DNA of 64,000 bases, from IMG/VR virus record IMGVR_UViG_3300037847_002819, positions 1 to 64,000 of that record, one strand, 5' to 3'. The translations under genes and the position numbers were made by a program. Origin of the DNA: a virus. Its lineage: Duplodnaviria > Caudoviricetes. This document shows, piece by piece, positions 44,955 through 54,341 of this stretch. Position 1 is the first letter of the stretch; each line of letters begins with the position of its first letter. The notes beneath the pieces are model-generated. The model ran no database searches. It worked only from the letters and a program-made list of their open reading frames with translations, and was not told the DNA's origin.

Positions 44955-45098
44955 ATGCATAAATTACACAAAGAGTATTTAATTGAATGGGCTTCACAAT
45001 ATATTGATGATGTTACTGATTTAGAAATAAAAGGTGATGTTGTAAGATTGATTGTGGGCGGTAAATTGGTGGGTATTATTACCTATCAAAAAATATGA
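44955..45098 (+). CDS. Small hypothetical protein (47 aa)
   Basis: GAGGTG RBS; MHKLHKEYLIEW... Confidence 0.55.
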   Translation: MHKLHKEYLIEWASQYIDDVTDLEIKGDVVRLIVGGKLVGIITYQKI

Positions 45099-45385
45099 GT
45101 CCATATTCTCTCGGACTTATGTTCGGTGGGCGGATAGTAATATGAGAGAATAAGGTCACAGGGGGTTTGCTAATAAAAAGAAGACATTTAGCGATGCATC
45201 TATCTCGTTTATTGTTGATGAAGGAGTTTAGTCAAGGGTTTTCATACATACTTCGGTATTCCTTGACTCTAGCCGTATAAGCAACACAATCTTCTTTTCC
45301 CCCGATAGCAGGTTTTCTAAGTAATAACAAGAAGTTTAATTCTATTTAGATAGTGGTAATATTACCATGACTTGTTCCCTGCGCC
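45097..45385 (+). ncRNA. Candidate ~290-nt structured RNA with 5' pseudoknot
   Basis: ORF-free gap in a dense operon; several stems and a cUUCGg tetraloop (see findings). Confidence 0.5.
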
Positions 45386-45391
45386 TTTTAG

Positions 45392-45622
45392 GTGATACTA
45401 ATGAAAATAATAGATTTTTTTAGAAGATTAAGAAAAGAGCCGGTAATACCTGTTCCTAAATGTAGTAGGTGTGGTTTAGCATCATCCTACGAAATGATGA
45501 CTTCTTTCGTGCATAGCGGAGAAGTTATTGAATTCAAACTATGCGAAAGTTGTTTAGAAGAATACAACGCAAAATATAATTCGAGGTGGATTCCACCACC
45601 CATAACAAAAAGGGAGGAATAA
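45392..45622 (+). CDS. Zn-finger protein
   Basis: CSRC and LCESC. Confidence 0.7.
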   Translation: MILMKIIDFFRRLRKEPVIPVPKCSRCGLASSYEMMTSFVHSGEVIEFKLCESCLEEYNAKYNSRWIPPPITKREE

Positions 45623-45624
45623 AA

Positions 45625-45846
45625 ATGAATATAGAAATAGAATATGGAAATACAATATACAATAATGATAAGATAGCAAAATACACTAAGTTTCAATTCG
45701 ACACACTGAATGACTTAGAACAATTTTGGGTAATTAGAACAGATGAAGGCGATTGGAAGGCTGATTTGAAAAGTTTAGTAATTACTCATCAAATGTGGGT
45801 TGATTCAAAAGAGTTTTTTATGGAAGCGGGGCGTGAAGAAGAATGA
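45625..45846 (+). CDS. Hypothetical protein
   Basis: ATG 45625 after GGAGG. Confidence 0.65.
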   Translation: MNIEIEYGNTIYNNDKIAKYTKFQFDTLNDLEQFWVIRTDEGDWKADLKSLVITHQMWVDSKEFFMEAGREEE

Positions 45847-46148
45847 GTGAATGTTTAGAATGTCAAGGTAAAGGGTATGTTATTGAACCCGACCATCAGC
45901 ACGATTGCATGATTAAGCGAGAATGTATAACTTGCATGATGGATGATAATTATAGAGAACACTTAGCCTTTGAAATGGCAAAGTTGATTAGTGGCTTGAG
46001 CAATCAGAAACTAGCGCAAACAGTGGCTAGTCTATTGGTTAATCATAGCAAATATATTAGTAACTCACAAGATTTCTTGCATGATATTGAGAATTATATT
46101 GCTCATAAGAATGTAAGTAACTTGTTTGCATTAGCGGGAGGAATTTGA
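45843..46148 (+). CDS. Zn-finger protein (DnaJ-type CxxCxGxG)
   Basis: CLECQGKG...CITC. Confidence 0.7.
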   Translation: MSECLECQGKGYVIEPDHQHDCMIKRECITCMMDDNYREHLAFEMAKLISGLSNQKLAQTVASLLVNHSKYISNSQDFLHDIENYIAHKNVSNLFALAGGI

Positions 46149-46400
46149 ATGAAAACGAATGTTGAATTTAGAATAGTAAATACAAGTGAATTACCACCGA
46201 TTGTAATTTCACAGAATGAAAATGATGAGCCGAAAGTTGTATTGAATACCTATCATAGAATATGGATTAGTCTTAATAGAAAGATTATTGCAGGTATTAT
46301 AGATAACTTACCGGAGAAGATAGATATGATACTAACAGGCTATCTTCAAGAACAAAGACAGTTTGAAAAAGACGATTTAGAGATGATGAATGATGGTTGA
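46149..46400 (+). CDS. Hypothetical protein
   Basis: Tightly packed ORF. Confidence 0.7.
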   Translation: MKTNVEFRIVNTSELPPIVISQNENDEPKVVLNTYHRIWISLNRKIIAGIIDNLPEKIDMILTGYLQEQRQFEKDDLEMMNDG

Positions 46401-47661
46401 AACAATAGTAGCAAAGAGAAGTTTAGGACAAGGCCGTTGGGATAGAAAACTAATGGAAAGAATGGTTGAATTATCTGTTGCTGATAATTATGAAGAAGCA
46501 AAAGAAGAATGGATTGCCACAGGTTCAGTTTGGTGGGGCGGTGATGAAGATGCTCCCGAATGGGTTAGAAACTCACAAATGGGAAGAGGTAAATGTCTTT
46601 GCGGTCATAGTGTAGTTTATCATTTTGAAATTGTTAATACTGAAAATGGTATTGTTGAATGTGTTGGTTCAGACCATATCAATACTTATCTAATTATGAA
46701 AGAAATTGCTAACAGAACCGGAAGAGATATTGAAGATATTACAGAAGGTGAAATTGATACTTGGATTCAAGAGCGAACAAAAACAATGATGGCTAAAGCA
46801 TGGATGCACCAAAACGGTGAACAGTTTAATATGATATATGAAAAAATCAAAGAGGCTGATATTCTAATTAATGTTAAAGGACAACCTAATTTGTTTTGGG
46901 ATAGTAACGATAACCGTTACAGATATACTTCTGCCCTTAGAAAAAAGGGAGTTGGTTCACCAACAGATAGGTATTATCAAATGGCTTCTATTGTTTGGCG
47001 TTGGGAACACCCTAACAACAAAAGGGCGCAATCAAGAACAAGAGGCTATCCAACAGATAAGTTGTGGCAAGATATGATTATTTTTGATGCTATGTTCACT
47101 ATTAAACACAAAGAAAGGTTTGATAGTTTAATGAACCATGCTCAAGAAAGAACAGAACATTATCTTAGACAACAGGAAATAAGAAGGCAAAGAGAAGCCC
47201 AAAGGCGATTAGAATTAGAAGAAAGACAAAGAGCGTGGGAAGCCGGAAGAGAAGAAAGAGAGCGTCAAGCCGAAATCGCTAGACAAGATAGAGAAAGGCG
47301 ACAAAAGGAACAAGAAAGAAAAGCAACCGAAAGGGCTAAACTAATCCTAAGCACATCAGCAAATGAAACATTTATGCAAATGTGTATGTATTATGGTTTA
47401 AGACCTTTTGATGTATCTTTGGCAGAAACCGCTTGGGAATATAAATTCTTATCCAGCGTTAAAACACAATTGTCCGAGAGAAGAGAATTAACAGGAAGTC
47501 AATTATCTTCATTAAAAGGAATTTGTGATAAAATGATAACTCCAGCCCAAATCAAATACTTGGAAGATTTGGGCTATTGCCCCGAAGAAAATTCGGAATG
47601 GAGAACGGGATTAACCCGAAAAGAGGCAAGTAATGAAATAGAAAGAATGAAAGAGGAATGA
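46390..47661 (+). CDS. Zn-binding domain plus long charged helix protein
   Basis: CLCGH...EIVNTENG...VGSDHI; E/R-rich single-alpha-helix region. Confidence 0.75.
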   Translation: MMVETIVAKRSLGQGRWDRKLMERMVELSVADNYEEAKEEWIATGSVWWGGDEDAPEWVRNSQMGRGKCLCGHSVVYHFEIVNTENGIVECVGSDHINTYLIMKEIANRTGRDIEDITEGEIDTWIQERTKTMMAKAWMHQNGEQFNMIYEKIKEADILINVKGQPNLFWDSNDNRYRYTSALRKKGVGSPTDRYYQMASIVWRWEHPNNKRAQSRTRGYPTDKLWQDMIIFDAMFTIKHKERFDSLMNHAQERTEHYLRQQEIRRQREAQRRLELEERQRAWEAGREERERQAEIARQDRERRQKEQERKATERAKLILSTSANETFMQMCMYYGLRPFDVSLAETAWEYKFLSSVKTQLSERRELTGSQLSSLKGICDKMITPAQIKYLEDLGYCPEENSEWRTGLTRKEASNEIERMKEE

Positions 47662-47774
47662 ATATGGGATTATTGAAAGAATTAGTAGTAGGAACAATAG
47701 CCGTAGTAGCGGCTTCAACAATGATTTGGCCTTTGGCCGCTTTAGCAATAGGGGGAGACGAGAATGAAGAATGA
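47658..47774 (+). CDS. 38-aa single-TM microprotein
   Basis: LVVGTIAVVAASTMIWPLAALAIGG; ATGA overlap. Confidence 0.55.
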   Translation: MNMGLLKELVVGTIAVVAASTMIWPLAALAIGGDENEE

Positions 47775-47805
47775 CTCCCTTTATATGCAGTCAGCACATG
47801 GAAAG
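47772..47805 (+). promoter_or_regulatory. Promoter, second class, driving the Ubl gene
   Basis: TGACTCCCTTTATATGCAGTCAGCACATGGAAAG matches 41033-41066. Confidence 0.75.
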
Positions 47806-47825
47806 AATAAGACGGAGATGATAGA

Positions 47826-48026
47826 ATGATTAAGTTAACAATTTTGAACGAAACAGGACACACAGAATTAGTTATGGCTTCCGAAGAAGTCATTGAGCAG
47901 ATTGATACACACCCTACACATTGGGTTTTCATCAATGGTGAAATGATGGCTAGAGAAGAAATAGCAGGTATTAATTGGGACACTGTTGAGTCAGTTGATT
48001 TAACGCCAGCAATCGTTGGCGGTTGA
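47826..48026 (+). CDS. Ubiquitin-like beta-grasp protein (ThiS/MoaD/SAMP type)
   Basis: 66 aa, VFINGE motif, ends VDLTPAIVGG (C-terminal di-Gly). Confidence 0.85.
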   Translation: MIKLTILNETGHTELVMASEEVIEQIDTHPTHWVFINGEMMAREEIAGINWDTVESVDLTPAIVGG

Positions 48027-48057
48027 TTTTATTAACCCGACTATATTTGCGACATTT

Positions 48058-48099
48058 GGGGGGAGAATGGGGCTTAGTGCCTTGTTCTCTCCCCTTTTT
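48058..48099 (+). terminator. Hairpin plus T-tract after Ubl
   Basis: GGGGGGAGAATGGGGC...GCCTTGTTCTCTCCCC-TTTTT. Confidence 0.7.
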
Positions 48100-48104
48100 G
48101 CAGT

Positions 48105-48485
48105 GTGGTTAATATGAATTTGAAACATTTTATGTCTCCCGATGCTCTTAAAATTTTATTTGAACTGAATGGTTGGAATTTGACAAAACCATTCATCCGT
48201 GATGAAGTAGCGGTTTTTACACCGGACTTCTATCCCGAAGGTTATGTTATTGGTCGTGGTAAATACGGCCAAATATACGCTTCGGGTGAAACAAAAATTC
48301 TATTCAAGGATAAGGAATATTCTTCTGTAAGTATTTTATTAGAAGAATATCCTTTCGCAGTTAATAACTTTGATGAGTGGGAATTCATCATTGAGAAAGA
48401 GTGGGTAATTAGTAAAAAAGGTGAGTGGCTTTCATCCTTTTCAACTCTATTTGAATTACCTAAAGCCAGCAAATATAGGTGTTAA
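48105..48485 (+). CDS. Hypothetical protein
   Basis: 126-aa ORF overlapping the RNR start region. Confidence 0.65.
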   Translation: MVNMNLKHFMSPDALKILFELNGWNLTKPFIRDEVAVFTPDFYPEGYVIGRGKYGQIYASGETKILFKDKEYSSVSILLEEYPFAVNNFDEWEFIIEKEWVISKKGEWLSSFSTLFELPKASKYRC

Positions 48486-48487
48486 AG

Positions 48488-50350
48488 ATGTCAAATACAG
48501 CAATAGAAACATTGTCTGATATTACAGTGCATATGAAATATGCAAGGTATTTACCAGCAAAGAAAAGAAGAGAAACTTGGAATGAAATAGTTGAAAGAAA
48601 CAGAAATATGCATATTAAAAAATATCCAGAATTAACAGAAGAAATAGGTGAAATATATGAAAAATTCGTCAAAACAAAGAAAATCCTCCCTTCTATGCGG
48701 TCTATGCAATTTGGGGGCAAACCTATCGAAATTAGTCCAAATAGGGTTTATAATTGCGCTTATATGCCTATTGATTCCCTTTTATCTTTTAGCGAGGCTA
48801 TGTTCCTACTTCTCGGTGGAACGGGGGTTGGATATTCAGTCCAACGCCATCATATTGAGCAATTACCGGAAATCATTCAACCTAATCCCGAAAGAAAACG
48901 CAGGTATCTTATTAGTGATTCTATTGAAGGATGGGCTGATTCAATTAAAATCCTTTTGGAGTGTTATACCGGAAATAGGAGTAGTAGTCCTATTTTTGAT
49001 TATTCTGATATTAGACCAAAAGGAAGCCTATTAAGGACTAGTGGCGGAAAAGCGCCGGGTTTTCAGCCATTAAGGGAATGTTTAGTTAAAATAGAAGGAA
49101 TGCTTCAAAATAAAAATAATGGCTCTAAATTAGATTCAATTGAAGCACATGATATTATGTGTTATTTAGCAGATGCAGTATTAGCAGGTGGTATTAGGAG
49201 AGCCGCTATGATTAGTTTATTTAGTGCAGATGATTCTAAAATGATTAGTTGTAAGTCTGGTAATTGGTGGGAAAATAATCCACAAAGAGGTCGTGCAAAT
49301 AATTCAGCAGTTATTCTTAGACATAGAGTGACTAAAGACTTCTTTATGGGTCTATGGGAAAGAATACAACATAGTGGTAGTGGTGAACCGGCAGTTTATT
49401 TCAGTAATGATAAAGATTGGGGAACAAACCCATGTTGTGAAATTGCTTTGCGACCATATCAGTTTTGTAATCTAACAGAAGTAAATGCTTCTGATATTAC
49501 AGACCAAGCAGATTTAGAAGCAAGAGTAAAAGCGGCTTCATTCATAGGAACGCTTCAAGCAGGTTATACTGATTTCCATTACCTTAGAGAAATATGGAAA
49601 AAGAACACTGAAAAAGATTCTTTGCTCGGTGTATCTATGACAGGTATTGCTTCTAATGTTGTTGAACCTTTAGATTTAGAAATGGCTTCGTTTGCCGCTA
49701 AACAGGAAAACAAGAGGATTTCTAAAATCATTGGTGTAAAACCTGCGGCTAGAATTACTTGTGTAAAACCTGCTGGAACTACTTCTCTCGTTTTAGGAAC
49801 AAGTAGTGGTATTCATGCTTGGCACGACAATTATTACATTCGAAGAATTAGAGTAGGTAAGAATGAAGCAATCTATTCTTATCTATCATCTAATCATCCG
49901 GAATTGGTTGAAGATGAATACTTCAATCCGGAGGAACAAGCAGTTATTTCTATTCCTCAAAAGTCTCCCGATGATGCTATCACAAGACATGAATCAGTAT
50001 TTGATTTATTGGAGCGTGTTAAGAATTTTAGTATTCGTTGGGTTAGAACAGGCCATATTGATGGTTTGAATAGCCATAATGTGTCTGCAACAATATCTGT
50101 TAAAGATGATGAATGGGATGATGTTGGCGAATGGTTATGGATGAATAGACACTACTACAATGGTTTGTCTGTATTACCTTATGATGGAGGAACATACAAA
50201 CAAGCACCATTTGAAACAATAGATAAGGAAACATATGATGAAATGATGTTAGCCTTAACTAAGATTGATTTAACTAAAATTACCGAAGAACAAGACGATA
50301 CTAACTTAACAGGCGAATTGGCTTGTGCTGGTGGGGCTTGTGAAATCTAG
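48488..50350 (+). CDS. nrdJ: Class II (B12-dependent) ribonucleotide reductase
   Basis: YNC, GTGVG, RRAAMI, TNPCCEI, FCNL, VKPAGT and C-terminal CAGGAC; no R2 subunit nearby. Confidence 0.93.
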   Translation: MSNTAIETLSDITVHMKYARYLPAKKRRETWNEIVERNRNMHIKKYPELTEEIGEIYEKFVKTKKILPSMRSMQFGGKPIEISPNRVYNCAYMPIDSLLSFSEAMFLLLGGTGVGYSVQRHHIEQLPEIIQPNPERKRRYLISDSIEGWADSIKILLECYTGNRSSSPIFDYSDIRPKGSLLRTSGGKAPGFQPLRECLVKIEGMLQNKNNGSKLDSIEAHDIMCYLADAVLAGGIRRAAMISLFSADDSKMISCKSGNWWENNPQRGRANNSAVILRHRVTKDFFMGLWERIQHSGSGEPAVYFSNDKDWGTNPCCEIALRPYQFCNLTEVNASDITDQADLEARVKAASFIGTLQAGYTDFHYLREIWKKNTEKDSLLGVSMTGIASNVVEPLDLEMASFAAKQENKRISKIIGVKPAARITCVKPAGTTSLVLGTSSGIHAWHDNYYIRRIRVGKNEAIYSYLSSNHPELVEDEYFNPEEQAVISIPQKSPDDAITRHESVFDLLERVKNFSIRWVRTGHIDGLNSHNVSATISVKDDEWDDVGEWLWMNRHYYNGLSVLPYDGGTYKQAPFETIDKETYDEMMLALTKIDLTKITEEQDDTNLTGELACAGGACEI

Positions 50351-50358
50351 GTGATTAG

Positions 50359-50703
50359 ATGAAAACTCGCAGGATTCGGCCTATCCGTCATTTGAGTTTT
50401 GATGACTTTGTAAGAGTCATTATTTCTTATGATGATGTATGGTCTAATTCTGCGAAAAAGAAGATTAAATTAGCACTTGACGCTTGTGCAGGTTTAGAAG
50501 ATGAAACAGACAAAAAGTATAGACTTTGGCAGACTGTTAAAATAGTATTATGGGAAATACCCGAAGCGGTGGAAAGAGGCTTTGCTGACTATGCTAGAAA
50601 AGCATTTGCAGAAAGACATGAAGCCCTTCAATACCATAATAAAAACCAAACTGATTTCTATAATAATTATATTTACGGAATAATGAAAGGGTGGTATAAA
50701 TGA
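50359..50703 (+). CDS. Hypothetical protein
   Basis: AGGTG RBS. Confidence 0.7.
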   Translation: MKTRRIRPIRHLSFDDFVRVIISYDDVWSNSAKKKIKLALDACAGLEDETDKKYRLWQTVKIVLWEIPEAVERGFADYARKAFAERHEALQYHNKNQTDFYNNYIYGIMKGWYK

Positions 50704-50867
50704 AAGAAAAAGACCCCGAATATACAAAGAGTCATTGGTCGTATAAAAAAAGAGTCGCTACTAAATGTAGGATTTGTGGAGGCCAACTGCTTTTACCGGA
50801 AGATATGAAAAAAGAAATTCACAAAGAATGTGTTAATAATATAAATGATAATAGTTATATGATGTGA
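50700..50867 (+). CDS. Small Zn-finger protein (55 aa)
   Basis: KCRICGG...HKEC; ATGA overlap. Confidence 0.6.
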   Translation: MKEKDPEYTKSHWSYKKRVATKCRICGGQLLLPEDMKKEIHKECVNNINDNSYMM

Positions 50868-50871
50868 TAAA

Positions 50872-52119
50872 ATGAATGAATTAAAAATAAGAATACGAAG
50901 ACCTGACGATTCCCAAGAATTTTGGAGAACAACGATTAAAAGTAATTTGATTAAATCGGCATACGATGTTCAAATTCAATCTAATAGAAATGCGAAAGAC
51001 CCTGTTCATTCTGCTATTACGACTTTCTTTTCTAGTAACTTAAAATCTTCAAGAGGATATTATAATAGACACTATAAATATATGAGATTACCTTCACAGG
51101 ACTTCAACGAAGTTATTGATATTGGAGGTTGTTTGATAGCATTAGGAAGAAGGGGTAATAGATATACTCTAAATGGTAAAACGGAAAGTTTGCATACTAT
51201 TGCTTCTGCTTTGGCTAGAGTTACTTTCAAGTCCTGTTTTGAAAAAGATGTGGCTAAACTAATGAAAGGACTGTATGCTACTCTAAGTATTCCCGAAGAT
51301 GTAAAGTATTGTTTAGAGAATAGAGTGCCATTTCATTTCTTCGATAATTTTCAGAAAACCGAAGTTAGATTGAATTGTCAACAGATTAGCGATAGCGAAG
51401 TTGCAATTGAAGTTAGTGATGGAGTTTGGGGAACAATGACTAATAAAGAATTAGAATCCTTCTGTGCTTTTTATCTTCATGGTAAAAAGAGAAGTAAAAA
51501 ATGGATGTTTTGTTCTCCTGAGATTCTTTATGAAAGAACAGTAGGAGTTAAACCAAAAATTTCAGATAGAAAACTAATGATTGAATTTCTAAAGCAAAAT
51601 AGACAACAGGATATTGTCGAAGATAGGGCTAAGTTATTGGTTAAAGAAACGGCAGAAAAATATCCCGACAGAATCAAAGTCGTTTATGATGATGATAAAG
51701 AAGTATCAGCCATGTATGTTCGTGGAAAAGGTTGGGATTGGAAACTTACTAACACTAAATTCAAATCAGATATTCAGATGGTTTCGACATTTGTTTACTC
51801 AACACCCGATACTGATGAATACTTCGCACAAAGAATTGAGAAGTGGGAAGAAGAATGTTTGGGAATTAATAATGATGCTGTTAATAATGGTTCTGAAGAA
51901 GAAATTAAATTACCGCCAAAACCAACTAATGAACCTCAATGGAAAGGGCCGATTTGTATTGATAATATGTCTGGTGGTTCTTCTTTAGGCGACCAATTTG
52001 TAGCAAGAGCATTAGCACTTCTTAATGATACTTTAACAGTAAAAATAGTTAACACGATTAAAAGGTATATATGTAATGATGAAAATAGTATAAGAGTTGA
52101 TTTTGATGAAATGCAGTGA
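50872..52119 (+). CDS. Hypothetical protein (415 aa); C-terminal GPICID motif, candidate E2-like domain
   Basis: Long ORF; WKGPICIDN...LGDQFVARALALLND. The function is speculative. Confidence 0.6.
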   Translation: MNELKIRIRRPDDSQEFWRTTIKSNLIKSAYDVQIQSNRNAKDPVHSAITTFFSSNLKSSRGYYNRHYKYMRLPSQDFNEVIDIGGCLIALGRRGNRYTLNGKTESLHTIASALARVTFKSCFEKDVAKLMKGLYATLSIPEDVKYCLENRVPFHFFDNFQKTEVRLNCQQISDSEVAIEVSDGVWGTMTNKELESFCAFYLHGKKRSKKWMFCSPEILYERTVGVKPKISDRKLMIEFLKQNRQQDIVEDRAKLLVKETAEKYPDRIKVVYDDDKEVSAMYVRGKGWDWKLTNTKFKSDIQMVSTFVYSTPDTDEYFAQRIEKWEEECLGINNDAVNNGSEEEIKLPPKPTNEPQWKGPICIDNMSGGSSLGDQFVARALALLNDTLTVKIVNTIKRYICNDENSIRVDFDEMQ

Positions 52120-53005
52120 ATGTGGTTGTTTAGTCTTTAATTATAATGAAAGACTAGGAGAGACAGAATGTAGTGATTGCGGATTAGTAATCGTAACAGA
52201 TTTGTTTGAAGAAAGTGTCAGAATGATAGATGATGGAAAGGTTGTCCATTCTGCTGAAAGGGGAGAATTAGGTTCTGTAATAACAGGAAAGGGTTCGTTT
52301 AAGTTTAATAGAAGAGGTAACAATAATGTTATTCCTAGACATATTACTGCTGGTTTGCAGACTTGTAATATGATTCTATCTTCTATCCAAATAAACCATC
52401 CTCTTAAAGATAGAGTTAAGGAATGTTACTTAGAAGCACAAAAGAAAGGTTTGTTTGGAAAAATCAAACTAGAGGCTAGATGCACTGCTACTGTCTTCTA
52501 TGTTCTGAAAGAAAATAGAACACCTGTTCCTATGAAAAAATTATGTTCTGAATATTCGTGTTCAACTAAAGTAGTGAATAGATTAGTGCGGAAAATGATT
52601 CACCACTTCAAAAGTAAGAATATACTTTATGGAGCAGACCCCTCTTTTATGTTAAAGCAGACCTGTTCTAGAATAACAGATGATGTAATGTTTTATTCTA
52701 ATGCTATGGATTTGATGTTAAAGTTAGAACCTATCATAGAAGACCATTGTTATCATAAATCAAAGGCATATTACGCAAGTGTATGTTGGGTGGCGACAAA
52801 TATGTTTAGATATTATGGTGTAACTAAGAATGATATTTCTGAAAGCACAGATATTTCCTTATCAGCAATAGGAAAGACAAGTAAAAAATTAATCCAAATG
52901 TTAGGATTCGATAAAATGTCCGAAATTAAAGGGCGAGATATAATAGAATATGGTGATATAAATGACAATAAGAATGAGAGATGTAATACCGACAAGCGAG
53001 CATAG
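52106..53005 (+). CDS. tfb: Transcription initiation factor IIB (TFB) homolog
   Basis: N-terminal Zn ribbon CSECG...GETECSDCGLVI followed by two cyclin-like repeats. Confidence 0.88.
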   Translation: MKCSECGCLVFNYNERLGETECSDCGLVIVTDLFEESVRMIDDGKVVHSAERGELGSVITGKGSFKFNRRGNNNVIPRHITAGLQTCNMILSSIQINHPLKDRVKECYLEAQKKGLFGKIKLEARCTATVFYVLKENRTPVPMKKLCSEYSCSTKVVNRLVRKMIHHFKSKNILYGADPSFMLKQTCSRITDDVMFYSNAMDLMLKLEPIIEDHCYHKSKAYYASVCWVATNMFRYYGVTKNDISESTDISLSAIGKTSKKLIQMLGFDKMSEIKGRDIIEYGDINDNKNERCNTDKRA

Positions 53006-53137
53006 ATATTGGAAAAAGGATTTTCTAAATACTTATGTGACTACCAATAATAAAAGAAAAGAGTATTGTAAATATCAAACTCTTTTGGGTCGTAAAGACT
53101 CGTTTAAGATATATGAAGAAGCAAGGAGGAAGTTTAA

Positions 53138-53773
53138 GTGAATATATTTGCACTATCAAGAAATCCGCAAGAAGCGGCACTAGAAATGTTAGACAAGCAC
53201 ATAGTTAAAATGCCAACGGAAACTTGCCAAATGTTACATACAAATGTTTTGTATTTTGACTACATTGAACATTATGGTGAAGAACCTACTTTAGCGCAAG
53301 TAAAGCAGTTTCATAGAGATATTAATTCAAAACTAATGAAACCTGCTATGTTGAATCATCCTTCAACAATATGGGCTAGACAGAACCCTCATAATACTCG
53401 ATGGTTATATGAGCATGGTAAAGCATTATGTGAAGAATATACCTATCGCTACGGCAAGGTTCATGGTTCGCAATCTAGAATATTAGATATAGCATATACG
53501 ATTGATGAAGATTCTAATTGGTCGTTTGCTACACCTGTAACTATTGCTATGGATGATAAGTATAGATTAGTCAAAGATAACAGGATTCCCGATTGGGACT
53601 TCGTAATTAATAGTTACAGACATTATTACCTTCAAGGTAAATGGAGGTTTGCTGAATGGAGGGCAAATAGAATGCCAACATGGTGGCCTAAAGACCACTA
53701 CAAAAACAAATACAATGAAGGAATAGACAATTATAATAAAAGATGGAATGCAAAATTGGAGAGATTAGAATGA
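53138..53773 (+). CDS. Pyrimidine-dimer DNA glycosylase / endonuclease V-like family protein
   Basis: MNIF..., DKHIVKMPTETCQML, NHPSTIWAR, EYTYRYGKVH. Confidence 0.8.
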   Translation: MNIFALSRNPQEAALEMLDKHIVKMPTETCQMLHTNVLYFDYIEHYGEEPTLAQVKQFHRDINSKLMKPAMLNHPSTIWARQNPHNTRWLYEHGKALCEEYTYRYGKVHGSQSRILDIAYTIDEDSNWSFATPVTIAMDDKYRLVKDNRIPDWDFVINSYRHYYLQGKWRFAEWRANRMPTWWPKDHYKNKYNEGIDNYNKRWNAKLERLE

Positions 53774-54330
53774 AGAGAAAAATATTGATTATAGGAGTGG
53801 GTGGTATTGGGAGTTTCCTAGTGCCACTATTAGATAAAGTAGGAATGTATGATATTTCAGTGGCAGACCCCGATAAGGTCGAAACTAAGAATTTAACATA
53901 TCAAAACTTTACAGAAGAAGATGTTAATTTTCACAAAGTAAGTAGGATGAATGCTCGATATAATAGTGTTAATAATGCGAGCAAATTTCCTATCCTAACT
54001 TCTAAACAAATGCAAGGATATGATTTAGTCGTATGTTGTGTTGATAATTTATCAGTTAGAAGAACCTTGTATAATTCAAATATTAAATGGTTGGATTTAA
54101 GAGCGCAAGGTCGTAATGGGGCTTTCGTTACTTCTGATGCAGACCCTAAAATGTATGATTCTTTATTAGCAGGGCCAGATGGTTCATTTTCTTGTCAAGG
54201 AAATTCATGGGATGGTAGCAATAGTGGCGTTCATTTCATGCAAGTTGTTATTGCAGGTATTGGCGCACAATGGATTCAAAGATGGTTTAACAAAGAAGAT
54301 GTAAAATCCTTTATGGTAATTAATGTATAG
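53770..54330 (+). CDS. ThiF/MoeB/E1-like adenylating enzyme
   Basis: GVGGIGS, DPDKVETKNLTYQ, K, CVDNLSVRR; Cys in FSCQG at the E1 thioester position. Confidence 0.9.
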   Translation: MKRKILIIGVGGIGSFLVPLLDKVGMYDISVADPDKVETKNLTYQNFTEEDVNFHKVSRMNARYNSVNNASKFPILTSKQMQGYDLVVCCVDNLSVRRTLYNSNIKWLDLRAQGRNGAFVTSDADPKMYDSLLAGPDGSFSCQGNSWDGSNSGVHFMQVVIAGIGAQWIQRWFNKEDVKSFMVINV

Positions 54331-54341
54331 GAGGAATAAAA

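Noticed and set aside
45097-45385. RNase P RNA, SRP RNA, hammerhead or HDV ribozyme
   Set aside because: I could not find the conserved cores (GAGGAAAGUCC, the SRP helix-8 motif, CUGAUGA/GAAA, HDV J4/2).
22795-50350. Inteins in terminase, helicase or RNR
   Set aside because: Protein lengths are normal and there are no C...HN splice junctions.
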